In this document: positions 41,704 to 59,370 of the stretch, piece after piece
How the letters are laid out: each line of letters begins with the position of its first letter
Position numbering within the stretch: the first letter of the stretch is position 1
Source of the DNA: Guillardia theta CCMP2712
Lineage: Eukaryota; Protista; Cryptophyta
NCBI RefSeq assembly: GCF_000315625.1
Contig: NW_005434583.1
Location: 32,032 to 96,031, forward strand
DNA length: 64,000 bases
Direction: 5' to 3'
Program-made: the position numbers and the translations under genes
The notes under the pieces: generated by a model
The model's database searches: none
Seen by the model: only the letters and a program-made list of their open reading frames with translations
What the model was told of the DNA's origin: nothing

Positions 41704-42509
41704 ATGCTGCAATCGAACTTGACGAGAATCTACTCCCTCGCCCTCCGACCTCGCCGCCTGCCGTGAGAGTTTGACTTGCGAAAATCGCATCCCACATCCG
41801 CGCAGTTTACCTGATCATCGCCAGCTTCCTTGGACCGGGCTGACGAGAATGTAAGTCACCGACCCACAAACAGTCCCTTCCGATCAACCTGCTGCTGTCA
41901 AGCTGTCTGAACCCAACTGCCAGCACTTCAGCTCAGGTCGCGAAAGAGCAAACAGCGTACAGTGAACATGTCTGACGAAGCATCACCCATCCTGGTTGTG
42001 CGGAATGTTTCTGAGGAGACCATCCCCTCGAAAGGCTGTGAATCCTGGACTGATAGACACGTTATCTTTCCTCTGGACCAGCTTGTGGTCCCATCGCCCT
42101 CACCATCATCGTTGTCCCCGTCGCTGTCCATCGCAGCACCGCCTGCTCCTTGTTTACCATCGAGTCCATTCATTACGTCACTCGTCATCAAACTATCTTT
42201 CACTCGTCATCAAACTATCTTTCACCTCTTTCTGGGACTGCAACCTGACTGCTGACATACCTTAATCCCCCATCTCATCACAACTTATCGTTTCTTGTCT
42301 CCTCTCGTCTCGCCGCTTCTGCTCTCCTCTGCTCTCCTCTGCTCTCCTCTGCTCTGCTCTCCTCTCCTCTCCTCTCCTCTGCTCGTATATCTGCCATGAT
42401 CTCCTCTCCTCTCATCATGTATCATCTCATCTCCTCTGCTCTGTCATGTCCTGCTCTGATCTCCGTCCGGTCCCCTTCCCTCCCATTATTCTTCTCATCC
42501 TGCGGTAGT

Positions 42510-42810
42510 CTTTCCCGGCCCGCCTCAATGAAGCCAAATCCCGGCGGCCAGCAGCGGCAGGGGCCCGGGTCAGCGCGGCGGCGAAGCCCGGCCCGCGGGC
42601 CGGGGCCGCTCAGGCCACTCAGCCTGGCAGCCTCGGACTCGCGGGGCCGGGCTCCCGACCGAGTCAGTCCGGGCTCCGAGCCTGGGCTCGGACGACGGTC
42701 CCAGTGGCTCCGTCTCCGACTGGCCCCGGGCCGCAGTGCCAGACTCAGAGCCGCCGCAAGGCCCGGGGACTCCGAGACCAATAGAGTATCCGAGTGACTG
42801 ACTCCGGGCC
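42510..42810. promoter_or_regulatory. GC-rich motif island in divergent intergenic region (putative promoter)
   Basis: Same CCGGG/GGCCC/GACTC vocabulary followed by poly-T/poly-A, about 100 nt upstream of the K+ channel ATG and head-to-head with the EF-hand gene. Confidence 0.4.
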
Positions 42811-42916
42811 AATCTTTTTTTATCTTTTTTTATCAGGCTTTTTTTTTTGGGACAAAAAAAAAAGGTCAAAAACTGGCTGGGCGAACATCAAGTCTCATGA
42901 GGCAGGGGGTTGCAGG

Positions 42917-45900
42917 ATGACGACAGAGTTCAGCAGGTCGGCGATGCAGCCGCTGAACCGGGGGAAGACGAGCCCTCACAAGGAGGTAGCAGAGGAGCTC
43001 TCAGGGCAGCCCTGGCTCACCTGCCTTGCAGGTGCACTGCCTTGTGTCGGCAGCCCGGTGGGTCGACAAATACGTCTCCAAAGTGACCGGGGGCAACAAC
43101 AGGTTGAGGAACCGACTGGCAGAGAATCTGAGCGGTGTAGCACATCCCCTCGAGCGACCTCAGGCGGTCCCCTGACTTGCCGCATGCAGGGACGTGGGGA
43201 GTCTGGCTGGACATCGCGAATGCGATTGCTAGCTTCACTTGTGTGGTTCTTTATATCCTCCAGACATACCTGGATACCTCAACGAGTGAAAGCGCGATAA
43301 ACATGGTGAATCAGATAGATTCGTACCAGACTATGATCAACTTCGTGTTCCTCGTCGATTTCTGCATCAACCTGTGAGCTGCGCAGCTGATCAAGATGTC
43401 AAGGGGCTAACTCCATGTGAAGGTATGCTGCGGAAGACAGGAAGCGCCATCTTGAACATCCCCTGGTCATGATAGACATCATCACCATTTTCCCAGAATT
43501 CATCACCTTCTTGGTTGCCCTGGTTTGTCACACATATACTTGATGGGGCCGTTGAGAGTTCTTCTGCCAGCAACCGCAATTCACAAGGAAGTATTTGCGT
43601 GATCAGTACGGGGCTTACGTTCAGGTTGTTTCATGTGGACCTTGCACAATCTCCTTCGGTAACTGTACAACCAGCCAAGTTTCTTGCGTATAGCTCGACT
43701 TCTGAGATTGATGCGCATTCTATCACTGTTCAGGTCCATTCTGCCGCGCTTTCCATTCCTTTTGATTTCATTCACGCAGGATGACGAGTGGGAGGTACTC
43801 CGTGAACTCGCTACAGGATGTCTCAAAGAGAATCCTGCAAGTTCTTCTCACCTTCTTCTCCATTCTCCTCTGCTTCACAGGTGCTAGTCGCTTCAAAAGC
43901 GACAGCCAATGACGCCTGCTCCTGGTAGGCGTGTACCTAGCCTTCGAGGCCCAGAGTGACGTGTGGGTTGAGCCTTTGCGGTTCCATGATTGCCTCTACT
44001 TCACCATTGTCACCATTGCCACCGTTGGCTACGGAGACTTCAGCCCAGTCACCCTTGCAGGGAAGATCATCTCTGCTGCCATGATCCTGTTTGCCCTCGT
44101 TGTGCTGGGAGATCAGGTGGGGAACGTGCTAAAGCTCGCATGCAGCCGGTGATCCGATGGGTCCGTTTGCAGATCAACGAGTTGCTGAAGCTGATCCACT
44201 CGACCTCTCCGTTCTCCCGGGCCGTGTACAAGTGCCGCAAGGCGTTCCAGCATATCGTGGTGTCGGGGGATCTGTCGCAGGAGAGCGTCCGGGAGCTGCT
44301 AGTTGAACTTTTCCACGAGGACCATGGCGTGAACAGCGTATTTCACGTTGTCTTCCTGTCGCCAGAAGAGCCGTCCTTTACCCTTCAGAAGCTCCTGGGT
44401 AGCCCCGAGTACCTTCAGAACACCTTGTACGTCCAGGGTTCTCCTTTCGATGAGCGGGATCTCAACAGGGCCTGTGTAACAAAGGCTCTTGCCGTCCTCT
44501 TCCTCTGCGACAAGGTGACTTGAGACGTCTCTGTCTTCCTCTAAGGTTGACTCTCGTTTGCTGCGCGAAGGATTCCGTGGAGCCGAAGCTTATGGATCAA
44601 CGAACGGTGGGACAGTTTCGTCTTTTGGGAAGCTCTTGGGGAGGCTGACTGGCAGCCCCGCAGATTTTCCGGGTCGTTGCAGTGAACCAGTACTTGACCA
44701 AGATGAAGACAGAAGTGCCTGTACGCCCGCCTCAGTCTCTAGTCCTCCCTTCCAGCAACGTTTTGGCTTCCTCCTCGTCGTCCTTCCTCCTCCTCCTACT
44801 TCTTTCTCGACTTCTTTCCTCCTCCTTGTTTGTCCACTTTCTTCTTGCTTCTTCCTTTTCCTATCTCCTCTACCTCCTCCTTCGGCTCCTCTTCCAGCCT
44901 TTGACGATTGCATTGCAGATCTTGTTTCAGCTGATCAAGCCGGAGTCTGCTGCTAACTACATCAACTCTTCCTTCCGCGTCCCCCTGAACCAGATCGTCT
45001 GCATAGATGAGATCAAGATGCATCTCCTTGCCAAGAACTGCATCTGTCCCGGAGTGGCCACCCTCGTCTGCAAGTAGAGGAGGAGGAGGAGGAGGAGGAG
45101 GAGGACGAGGAGGAGGACGAGGAGGAGGTGGAGGTGGAGGTGGAGGTGGAGCGGAGGGAGCGAGAGGAGAGGGAACGGGTGGGGGAGGAGGTCAGCGGAT
45201 AAGGAAGAGGGAAGGAGTCTCGGAACCTGACACAGCTGGCAGCCTGATCCGGACCTCTGACCAGAGGCGATCTCGCACCATGGACTCGTGGGAACAGGAG
45301 TATGTTGTCGGGACCAACAAGGAAGTCTACAGGACCAAGTTGTCACCCAAGTTCGCCGGCATGACTTTCGGGCAGATTGCAAACCGGTAGACATGTTTGA
45401 TGGGACTCCTCCTCCTGCTCCTCCTCCTCTTCTGCTTCCTCTTGAGTTTCGAGTTTTTCGTTTACTGCTACCGTTTCTCCTTCCCACTCTCTTGCTCTTC
45501 TACCTGCTTATCCCCTCCTATCACCATGCTCCTGCAAACCCCCCAGTCTTCCTCTTTCTTCTTCTCAACATCATCATCATCCTCCTCCTCGTCCTTACCC
45601 CAATCCTCCAGGATATTCCAGGAATGCGAGTGCATCGCGTTTGCCATCGAGATCATCGACGTCTTCGGCGATCGCCGGGTGGTTCTCAACCCTTCGAGGT
45701 ACGAGATCCCTTCGGGCGTTCACTTCGTCTACGCCATCGCCAACGACCTCTCGGAGGCCGACACCATAACCTCCTTCGGTCTCGAACTCGTGCCCTCCGG
45801 CAGCCAGCCGGACCTCGCACTCTATGAGTCCCCGAAGCCCGCCGACAGCATCGGCAATCAGATCTCCTCCCTTCACCGCGAAAAGGCTGACGTCAAGTCG

Positions 45901-47105
45901 GGAGGAAGCGACGGGTCCGTCGGGAGGTGCGAGCCCATGGCGGCTCGCTTGTCGCGCATGAAGCAGGTAGAGGATGAGGGTGAGGATGAGGGTGAGGGTG
46001 AGGGTGAGGAGGAAGGGGGAAGGGGGAGAGCAAGGAGGAGGAGGAGGAGAATGGATGAGAATGGAAGAGGAGGAGTAGGAAGGAGGAGGGAGGAGGAGCT
46101 GCGAGCCTGACGTCCGTCCTCTTTGCAGGCGTTCAACATCACGGAGCAGCCGAGGACGAAGGAGGAGATGACTGTGGAGTCGGTGGAGAAGCTAGTCAAG
46201 GGTCACATCCTAGTGTGCGGGGAGATCGGCAGCGTCTACAACTTCATCGAGACGCTGAGGTACAAGCACGTGACGCTGGCACCCATTGTCATCCTCTCCA
46301 ACAAGCCTCTGTCGGAGGAGGTGAGCAGGGGAGGGAGAGGAAGCGGAAGGGGAAGAGTGAAGGAGACAGGGAGAGCAAGATGTTTGAGGACGAGATGAGG
46401 GGAGCCGAGGAGAGGACGACAGGGGGAGAGAGGAGGAGAAGGAGACGGGAGGAGGAGGAGGAGGAGGGAGGAGTTACCTATGCCTTCTCCTGATTTTCAA
46501 TCGTGCAGATCTACAAGAAGATCTGTTTCTTCCCCGAGGTCTTCTATGTGTACGGTACCCCGATGCAGCAGAAGGACCTGCTGAGGGCTGGAATCCTTTC
46601 CCTCAACACGGCTGTGATCTTCTCCTCCTCTACCGATAATTCCTCCCAGCAGAACGACGACTCGTCCCGCAGGCTCTTTGACGCCGACGCTATCCTCATC
46701 TTCCAGAGCATCCGAAAGTGCCGACCGACCGCCAAGATCACCTGCCAGCTCAAGTTCAAGGAGAACATGATGTTCTTCACAGAGTGCATGGAGAACAGCG
46801 ACGTTACCCTTAGCCCCTCCTTCGCCGCCGGCCATGTCTTCATCTCCACCATGCTCGACCGGCTGCTCGTGCAGTCCTTCTACAACCCCAGCATCATCAC
46901 CATCCTCTACGAGCTCATCGCCTCCTCCGGCTCCCTGAACGCCGAGTACGCCTCCAGCATCGTACATCCCTCCACCTTGTCCAGCGCCCCCGTCCCCCCC
47001 AACTTCGTCGGCAAGAAGTTCAAGGACTTGTTTCAGTACCTCAACTCCAAGAGGGGCATGCTGGTCATCGGGTTGTACAGGTATGCTCCACTCCTACTGC
47101 TGCTG

Positions 47106-47140
<35 letters not shown>

Positions 47141-48533
47141 CTGCTGCTGCTGCTGCTGCTGCTTCCTTGCTCCTCTCCTTGTGCCTTCCATATCCCACTC
47201 CTGCCTGCTCTTCAATCTCTTTCTCTTCTTGTGCTGCACTCCATCTTTACGTCTGAACATTCTATCTTTTGATTTATCCTCTTCCTCTTTCTCCCTTTCT
47301 CTCCTCCCTTTCTCCTCCCTAACTCTTGTACCTCCTCTCCCTTCCTCCTAATCCTCTGCACCCTTCCTCCTCCTCTCACTTCCTCTCCCTTCCTCTCCCG
47401 TCATGTCTTCACTTCCTCCTCCTACAGGGTCAACCCGGTGGACAACGAGGCCCCTCTCCCCTACGTCGTCACTGCTCCTCCTCACAACACCATCCTCAAC
47501 AAAGACGACTCCATGTTTCTCCTCTCCTCCCCCTTCGAGCCCTCTACTGCTCCCCGCGGCATGCTGAGCTTGAAAGTGATCGAGGCGGAGCTGAAGTGGA
47601 GCGAGGAGGCAAAGAAAAGCAAGGGACAGGTCGTCTGCTCCATCGTCTGTCAGGGAGAGCAGTTCTTCTCCGACCCTTGCGTCAACCAGGCCAACCCTCA
47701 CTTCAACTTCAAGTCCTCCTTCCAAATCATCGAGACTGAAGGATCGTAAGGCTTCCTCCTCACCCCCTTCTCTCTCCTTGCGCTCTATCCTTCCCCTTCG
47801 TTTCTCTCTTTCTCTCTACTTCTTCCTGTTCCTCGTTCCCCTCTTCCTCCTCACGCTCTCTCTGCTTCTTCTCTCCCGCTCCCCCTATCTCTTCCTTCTC
47901 CTCTCCCCCCTCCTTCTCCTTCTCCCTCTCTCTCCTTCTCTCACCCTCTCCCCATTTCCCTCCTCGTCCTCGTTCCACTTTTCTCGCCCCTCCTTTGCTA
48001 GCTTCTCCAACTCCCTTGCTCTTCCCCTTCCCTTCTGTCCTCCCTGCTCTCCTCCCTCCTCCCTGAAACTCTCCTCGCAGGGTCGAGCTCAGCGTCTTGG
48101 TCAAGTACAAGGAGGACAGATTCTCCGAATCTTCCGACAAGGCTCGTTCCACTCCTCGTCGTCAGGTCATCTGCAAGACTGAGATTCCCGTCCACTACCT
48201 CCTCACCTGCGCCAGCGAGCATGAGGCCAAGACTGGGGTGATCGGAGTCGACAGGTACCTGACCCTGCTGCTGCTGCTGCCGCCACCGCCGCTCCTCCTG
48301 CTCCTCCTCCCTCCTCCCTCCACCCCCCTCCCCCNNNNNNNNNNNNNNNNNNNNNNNNNNNNNNNNNNNNNNNNNNNNNNNNNNNNNNNNNNNNNNNNNN
48401 NNNNNNNNNNNNNNNNNNNNNNNNNNNNNNNNNNGTGAAGACGAGGAGAGTCTCGATGCTGTTGAGCGCAAGGATCAGAATCAATTTCGCATGGAACACG
48501 GTCGACGGAGGAAAAGTCATTGACGAGTGGTGA
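42917..48533 (+). CDS. Slo/BK-family voltage-gated potassium channel alpha subunit (6TM + two RCK domains) with C-terminal C2-like domain
   Basis: S4 FLRIARLLRLMRILSLFR, pore FTIVTIATVGYGDFSP (TVGYGD 44021-44038), RCK1 HIVVSGD...ELFHEDH...YVQGSP, DEIKMHLLAKNCICPG, RCK2 GHILVCG...PIVILS, PSFAAGHVFISTMLDRLLVQSFYN, PYVVTAPP. The tail reads RGMLSLKVIEAEL...NPHFNFKSSF...RIRINFAW. There is an N gap near the 3' end. Confidence 0.9.
48335..48434. other. assembly gap (100 N)
   Basis: Run of N inside the last intron region of the K+ channel gene. Confidence 1.
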
Positions 48534-48593
48534 GGAGAGGAGGAGAAAGTTTGAAGTTCAGATTCATCTTAAATGTCAAAGTCTTCACCGATC

Positions 48594-48789
<196 letters not shown>

Positions 48790-49036
48790 GATATCATCCT
48801 CGGTCCTTCAAGAACGTTTTCAAAACTCATTGTATTCGATTCAACCACTCTAGTTTTCCGCTGGTTCCGTGGGGGATAGCTTGTACTCCCATCATTCACA
48901 GGGTATATCGAGTCTTCATTCATATATCCACACGAAAATAATCCGCATACATCCCCGACACCATATCATCTTTGGCAAAATATCATCTTTGATACAATAT
49001 CAACCTTCATTCACCTCACTTGTTCATCTCACTTGT

Positions 49037-54339
<5,303 letters not shown>

Positions 54340-54857
54340 TTACTGGAAGCCCATGAGGCTATGCAGGAGCAAGGGAGTGCTATGCTATGCTGGGCGGGAA
54401 AGTTCGAGCATTCTCCTCGGGTTCTCCTGCTCTCCTGCTCAACATCTCCTCCTGGGCAACAGATGCGTCCACTCGTCAGTGGATCCCTACTACTAGTGTC
54501 CTGACTCATCACTCAGCAATGCTCGGCGCCGCCGGGCCCGTCCCGGCTCTCCGGGTCACGGTCCGGGATCGGACCAGCAGTACGACTGAGGGCCGGTCGT
54601 GTGAAATCTAGTGGCCTGACATGTGACAAGAGGGCCCCGAGCAGTCACTAGTAGCCTGTGTGATTACTGATGTCAACCTTGCGGTGTCATCTTATTCCGG
54701 CGACGATCCGTTACAGAATTCAATGATATAAGACAATTTTTCGGTCAAGAATGAATAGAGTCGATTGACGATTAAACCCTCGTCTTTCGGCAGCAGCAGC
54801 AGCAGCCGCTCCTGTTGATGTACTCGCCAAGCACCTGCCCCTCCAACGCGCTTTCCC

Positions 54858-57243
54858 TTAAGGTTCCCACACAGCAACCGTTCCATCCCAGCTTGACGTG
54901 ACCAACTGAGGAAGGAACGGGTGCCAGGAGCACTCACGGACGAGTTCGCGATGACCGGGAAGGATGGCAACACGGTTGCCACTGGACGTCAAGTCAGCAC
55001 CTTTCAAGCACACAAGTCCCTCACCTTTCAACGTCCCAGATGAACGTGGAGCCATCTGATGAGCCGCTGTAGACGAACCTCTGCCCCGTGCCCTCCTCGG
55101 ACGAGAAGCCGCATCGAATCAGCGTCGTCTTCACCTCATGGCCTGTGAAGCAGCAGACAAGCGGGTAGCGGGAGCAGCCGCTGCTGCCACCGTACTTCCT
55201 GAGATCCCAGAGCAACATGTTGCCTTCCTTGCCGTTTGAGAGCAGCCAGTTCCCGTCTCCCTTTGAATTGATACAGGTGATCCCACTAAGGTGCCCTTGG
55301 AGGCAAGCGACTGGCACAGGCTTGTCTCTCTCAGAGCATCCGCCATTGACCCTCCTGTCCCAGATGCGAATGAAGTTGTCATCAGCTGCTGAGGCTATCA
55401 AGTTGTCAGACTGTGCATCGACGAAGCATGTTGAGTTGACATCCTCAACGTGGGCTCGAATGTGTAGCAATTTCTTCTTAGTCTCGATGTCCTGATAGAC
55501 AATGTATCCATGATTCACCGCTGCAAGTAAGTGACTTGTTACATGATTGAAGTGCACTTGAAAGATTCCTGCGTGGAAACCCAAATCCAGACACATCTCT
55601 TCATGAGAGCTGTCGGCCAGTTTGCACAGCTGGACATTGTGGGTCCACGAAGAGTATGCACAAAACCTTTCATCCCGGGAAATGTCCATGTCCAGAACAC
55701 TCCAACCGAGCGATCGGCAAACAATAGATTTCTGTAACCTCTTTCCCAGCCCATCATATACCAGTATCTTTCCGCATTGCGATGCGGTTAACAAAACACC
55801 TCCCTTACAGCCGATTTTGCAGCAATAAATTCTGTGAGTGTGCCTTTCGATCTAAAAGTAGAATCAAGTCAGCACATACAAGATCGCTGGTTTCAAAACA
55901 TCGACCCACCTCTCTCCGCGATCTCAAACATATAGTAGCCAGTTGAGCATTGATCCTTTCCGCCTTTCCCCAACAACTTGAAACTCCATGCCTCACACAA
56001 CATCCTGTTGCGTTGGTTCGCAACCAAGCAGGATAGTCTTGCAGGGTGACTTCTGGGTGCGATTGCTCCGGACTCGAGTCAGATAGCTTTAGCGATCCTA
56101 GCTCGTTGCTTCCTTCATGTTGGAACATTCTTGGCTCACGGTGAGGATTGGTGGTATCATTGATACCATCTAAATCAGCGACATATCCGAAGGAGTCAAG
56201 AACGAGGTTCTTGTTTTTCACTGCGTTACAAGTCCCTTGTGAACATGCATTCACAACCCTCCGTTCTAGCTTCCGTTTGCATGATAGCGTCTGCCCACAT
56301 TCACGGTTCCGGAGCATGTGAACGATTGAGACGTAATTTTGTGACACAGCATCGCATGACAACGAATCCTCACCAGTGTTATCGCAATCCTCTGAAGCAC
56401 CTGGTGCAGATTCGCTCCAATCGGTGCAATCAAACCTGCAATCATTGTTGCTTTCTGATTCATCATCCTCTTGAAGAAATGCATGTCTGCATCGGCCTTC
56501 AACGCAACCAACTGCACAGAAACGAATGAGGAATTTAGGAAGAGGTCTTAAATAGATACCTGCTAGTGTAGACAAGTTCATAATGATCAATTCATCAGCA
56601 GTTCCATACGCCACATCTTCGTTTCCACGAAATTGATTCGGGACTGCAAAACCTGTCTGTCTTGCAGCAACCAACATCCTTCCGTCCTTGTTCGGACACC
56701 TCGAGCAGCAAGACTTCGGCCCCTCCACCAAATAGCGATCCACCGACATCAAGTTTTGAGGCAACAACCTCAAGAAATCCGGAATTGTAGTGAATTGATT
56801 CCTTTCCAGAGAAAGCCTCTGTAGGTTCTGAAGTTCTGTAATGTCATATGGGAGGCAACCAAGTCTGTTCCCACAAAGATGCAAATTCTGAAGCCTTGCC
56901 AACCTACCAATTCCAGGGGGGAGTTCGTCCAACAAATTGTCACTGAGGTTCAGCATGACGAGGCTGTAAATATCACACAGCTCTTGAGGAATCCTGAGAA
57001 CAAATATTAGAACAGATGCGCGAACCCCATGCTATAATACCGCACTAAATAATTCTTCGACAGATCAAGGTGCACAAGAATTGGATCCCCATTCATCGGT
57101 GCGATCGATATTGACGTGATTTCCCTTCGGCTCGCATCCAGGGTCAGTCCATTGATTCTATCTTCCGAGATGACTTGTAGTTCAACGTGCTTTCTCTCAG
57201 GGAACATGACTTTCTCCTGAAAAGCAGACGAGGCAATGCCCAT
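54858..57243 (-). CDS. LRR + WD40 protein, WD40 part DCAF11/WDR23/LEC14B-like
   Basis: LRRs: LVHLDLSKNYL, LNLSDNLLDELPPGIGRLARLQNLHLCGNRL, LSLERNQF. WD40 part: GWSVLDMDISRDERFCAYSSW, IRIWDRR, LLSNGKEGNMLLWDLRK, GHEVKTTLIRCGFS..TGQRFVYSGSSDG, VRECSWHP..LVTSSWDG. The two parts are joined in frame by intron 55852-55909. Confidence 0.85.
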
Positions 57244-59370
57244 GCCTCAGCACGGTGGAAGCTCAGGATCGGATACTCCAAAAGAGTGGAGTCACACGAA
57301 ATCGAGAAGAGAAAGCCTTAGCCGATAGTCTGCTTGGCAGTAAGTGATGAGCCGCGTTAGAAAGGTATCCAGTATTGTGTGTTATCACGGTGAGATCCTT
57401 TCTACATCACCAACACTACCACACCAGTAGCGTTCAATGGGAAAAACTGCATCATATCATACAACAACAAAAACACACAAACCAATATCGCACAGCATGG
57501 CATTGGTGGAATGGACAAACAAGACACGCTGCCAGGATACCGCAGCCACTCCTCCATCTCAATAACGCACATCCAACATTTCAAACAATGCACCCTCCCT
57601 CCTCCGCCCACACTCATATCCATCTATATATCTGCATCTTTCTCACCTGTACAATTGGCGCGTCTACCAGCCTCCTCCTCCTCCTCCTCCTCCTCTCCCT
57701 TCCACGCCGCCGTCAGGCGTCCACGACCATTGCCACCAGCGTCCACGGTTCTCTGTTCCAGGTACAAAATAAAATATTGTATATGTTAATAACAATTTAT
57801 CACAACTAATCTCTAAAAGGAAAAATCCAATTTCATACAAAGCATGCATCAACTTTACCAATTCCGTACAGGTTTACAACTCAAGGATAGAATATAATGC
57901 ATTTATAGTCAAATCAGGTAGAAACATTTTTGATAATGTTTTTTAAAAAGGCAAGTGCTTTACATGGGGAGATAGGGCTACTAGACGCTTTTCTGCTTGG
58001 CTTTTCCGCCCACCTCAAGGGGTAGGTAAATAACGGGTAGGGTTGGTAGATGAGGGGTAGCGTACGTAGGTAGATAGGGGTACAAGGTTTATAAGTAGGG
58101 GTAGTCGAAACGACTACAATCCCTTGGTACCTATATTTGGAGGTGATCTCTCCTCCGCAGGGGCGGGGTAGGTCGTGGTGTCTTATTTGGGGGTGGGGTA
58201 GCAGGATAAAGTGTAAAACCGGGCGGTGCTAGTGGAAAAACTCATTTTTAAAAGTTGCCATGGAGTAGGGGTGTCGGCCCATGTCAGGCTGTTTCACTCT
58301 GTTGCAGAAGGGGGTGGAAGAGACAGATGTGAGGGGCAGTCACACAATAATACCTACCCTACCCCATCGATACCATTTTAAAGGCCTTAGCAACCCCCCC
58401 CCCCCCTTTTGTTCCTGAACCCGCATCCCCGCACGTGTCCAACAGTTCCCCCCCCCCCGCCCCCCGGCAGATTTGCCTCCATTGGCCTCTCGGCAATCTT
58501 CGTTGCGAGACCCCCACGCACAGCTCGCACAAAAAAAAAAGGCGTCTTAAAATGTTTTAATGAAAATATTACTGCACGGTGCATGGAACCCGAGCACATC
58601 CACAAAAATGAATTCTAAAGCTTCTGTACGGGGAAAACATTAGTTATCTTTCTGTCAAAAAGGAAATTTTTAAAAAAACAACTCCCGGTGGGTCATGCGA
58701 CCCAAGCCAGCTGTTGTAAAATGTGTAGTAAGGGATGTAACCTCTTGATAAAATCAGTCGGTTTAATTCGCCGGAGTCCAACTACTCAATCGATTCGAGT
58801 CATATTGAACTGAATCGAATACATTCAGCGCTCAAGATTTAATCCAATTTGAATCATGTCAAAGATTTGTGGATCGGAAGTTTTCACTCGGAGAGTTCTG
58901 GTTTTCGCAAGCGGGCAAGGGAGGAGGAGGAGGGGGAGGAGGAGGCACACCAGCAGCAGCAGCAGCAGCAGCAGCAAGGAGGTGTTATAGAGGTGCTTTC
59001 AGTAAGAGGAGCTTAAGGCGGAGCTATTTCGACATGATCATGACGCGGTGGGATGTGTTTTCTACTGTCCACTTTTCCTGGGAAGTTCTGGTGGGTAGGT
59101 GGGGATAGAGGCATGTTGCTCCTATCATTTGTGTCTTGTGTGACCTGGTTGTGCATCATTCGCATGTTATTCATTGATGGATATGCTTGATCACCTTCGT
59201 TGTGTCGATCCCTTCCTGAAACCCTTGTTGTCTTGGGCTAAAGGGTGATATCAGCTTACAATGTTTCAAAGGCATCAACCTGCTTTGTTTGTCTGAGCCC
59301 TGACTTGACATACAGCTCGGGATCGGCGTTGCTACCCTTCATATTTCTGCAAGGATATCTCTGCCAGGCA

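Noticed and set aside
42179-42225. 22-bp direct repeat CACTCGTCATCAAACTATCTTT x2 as a CRISPR or target-site duplication
   Set aside because: Only two adjacent copies with no spacer or intervening element; a simple tandem duplication.
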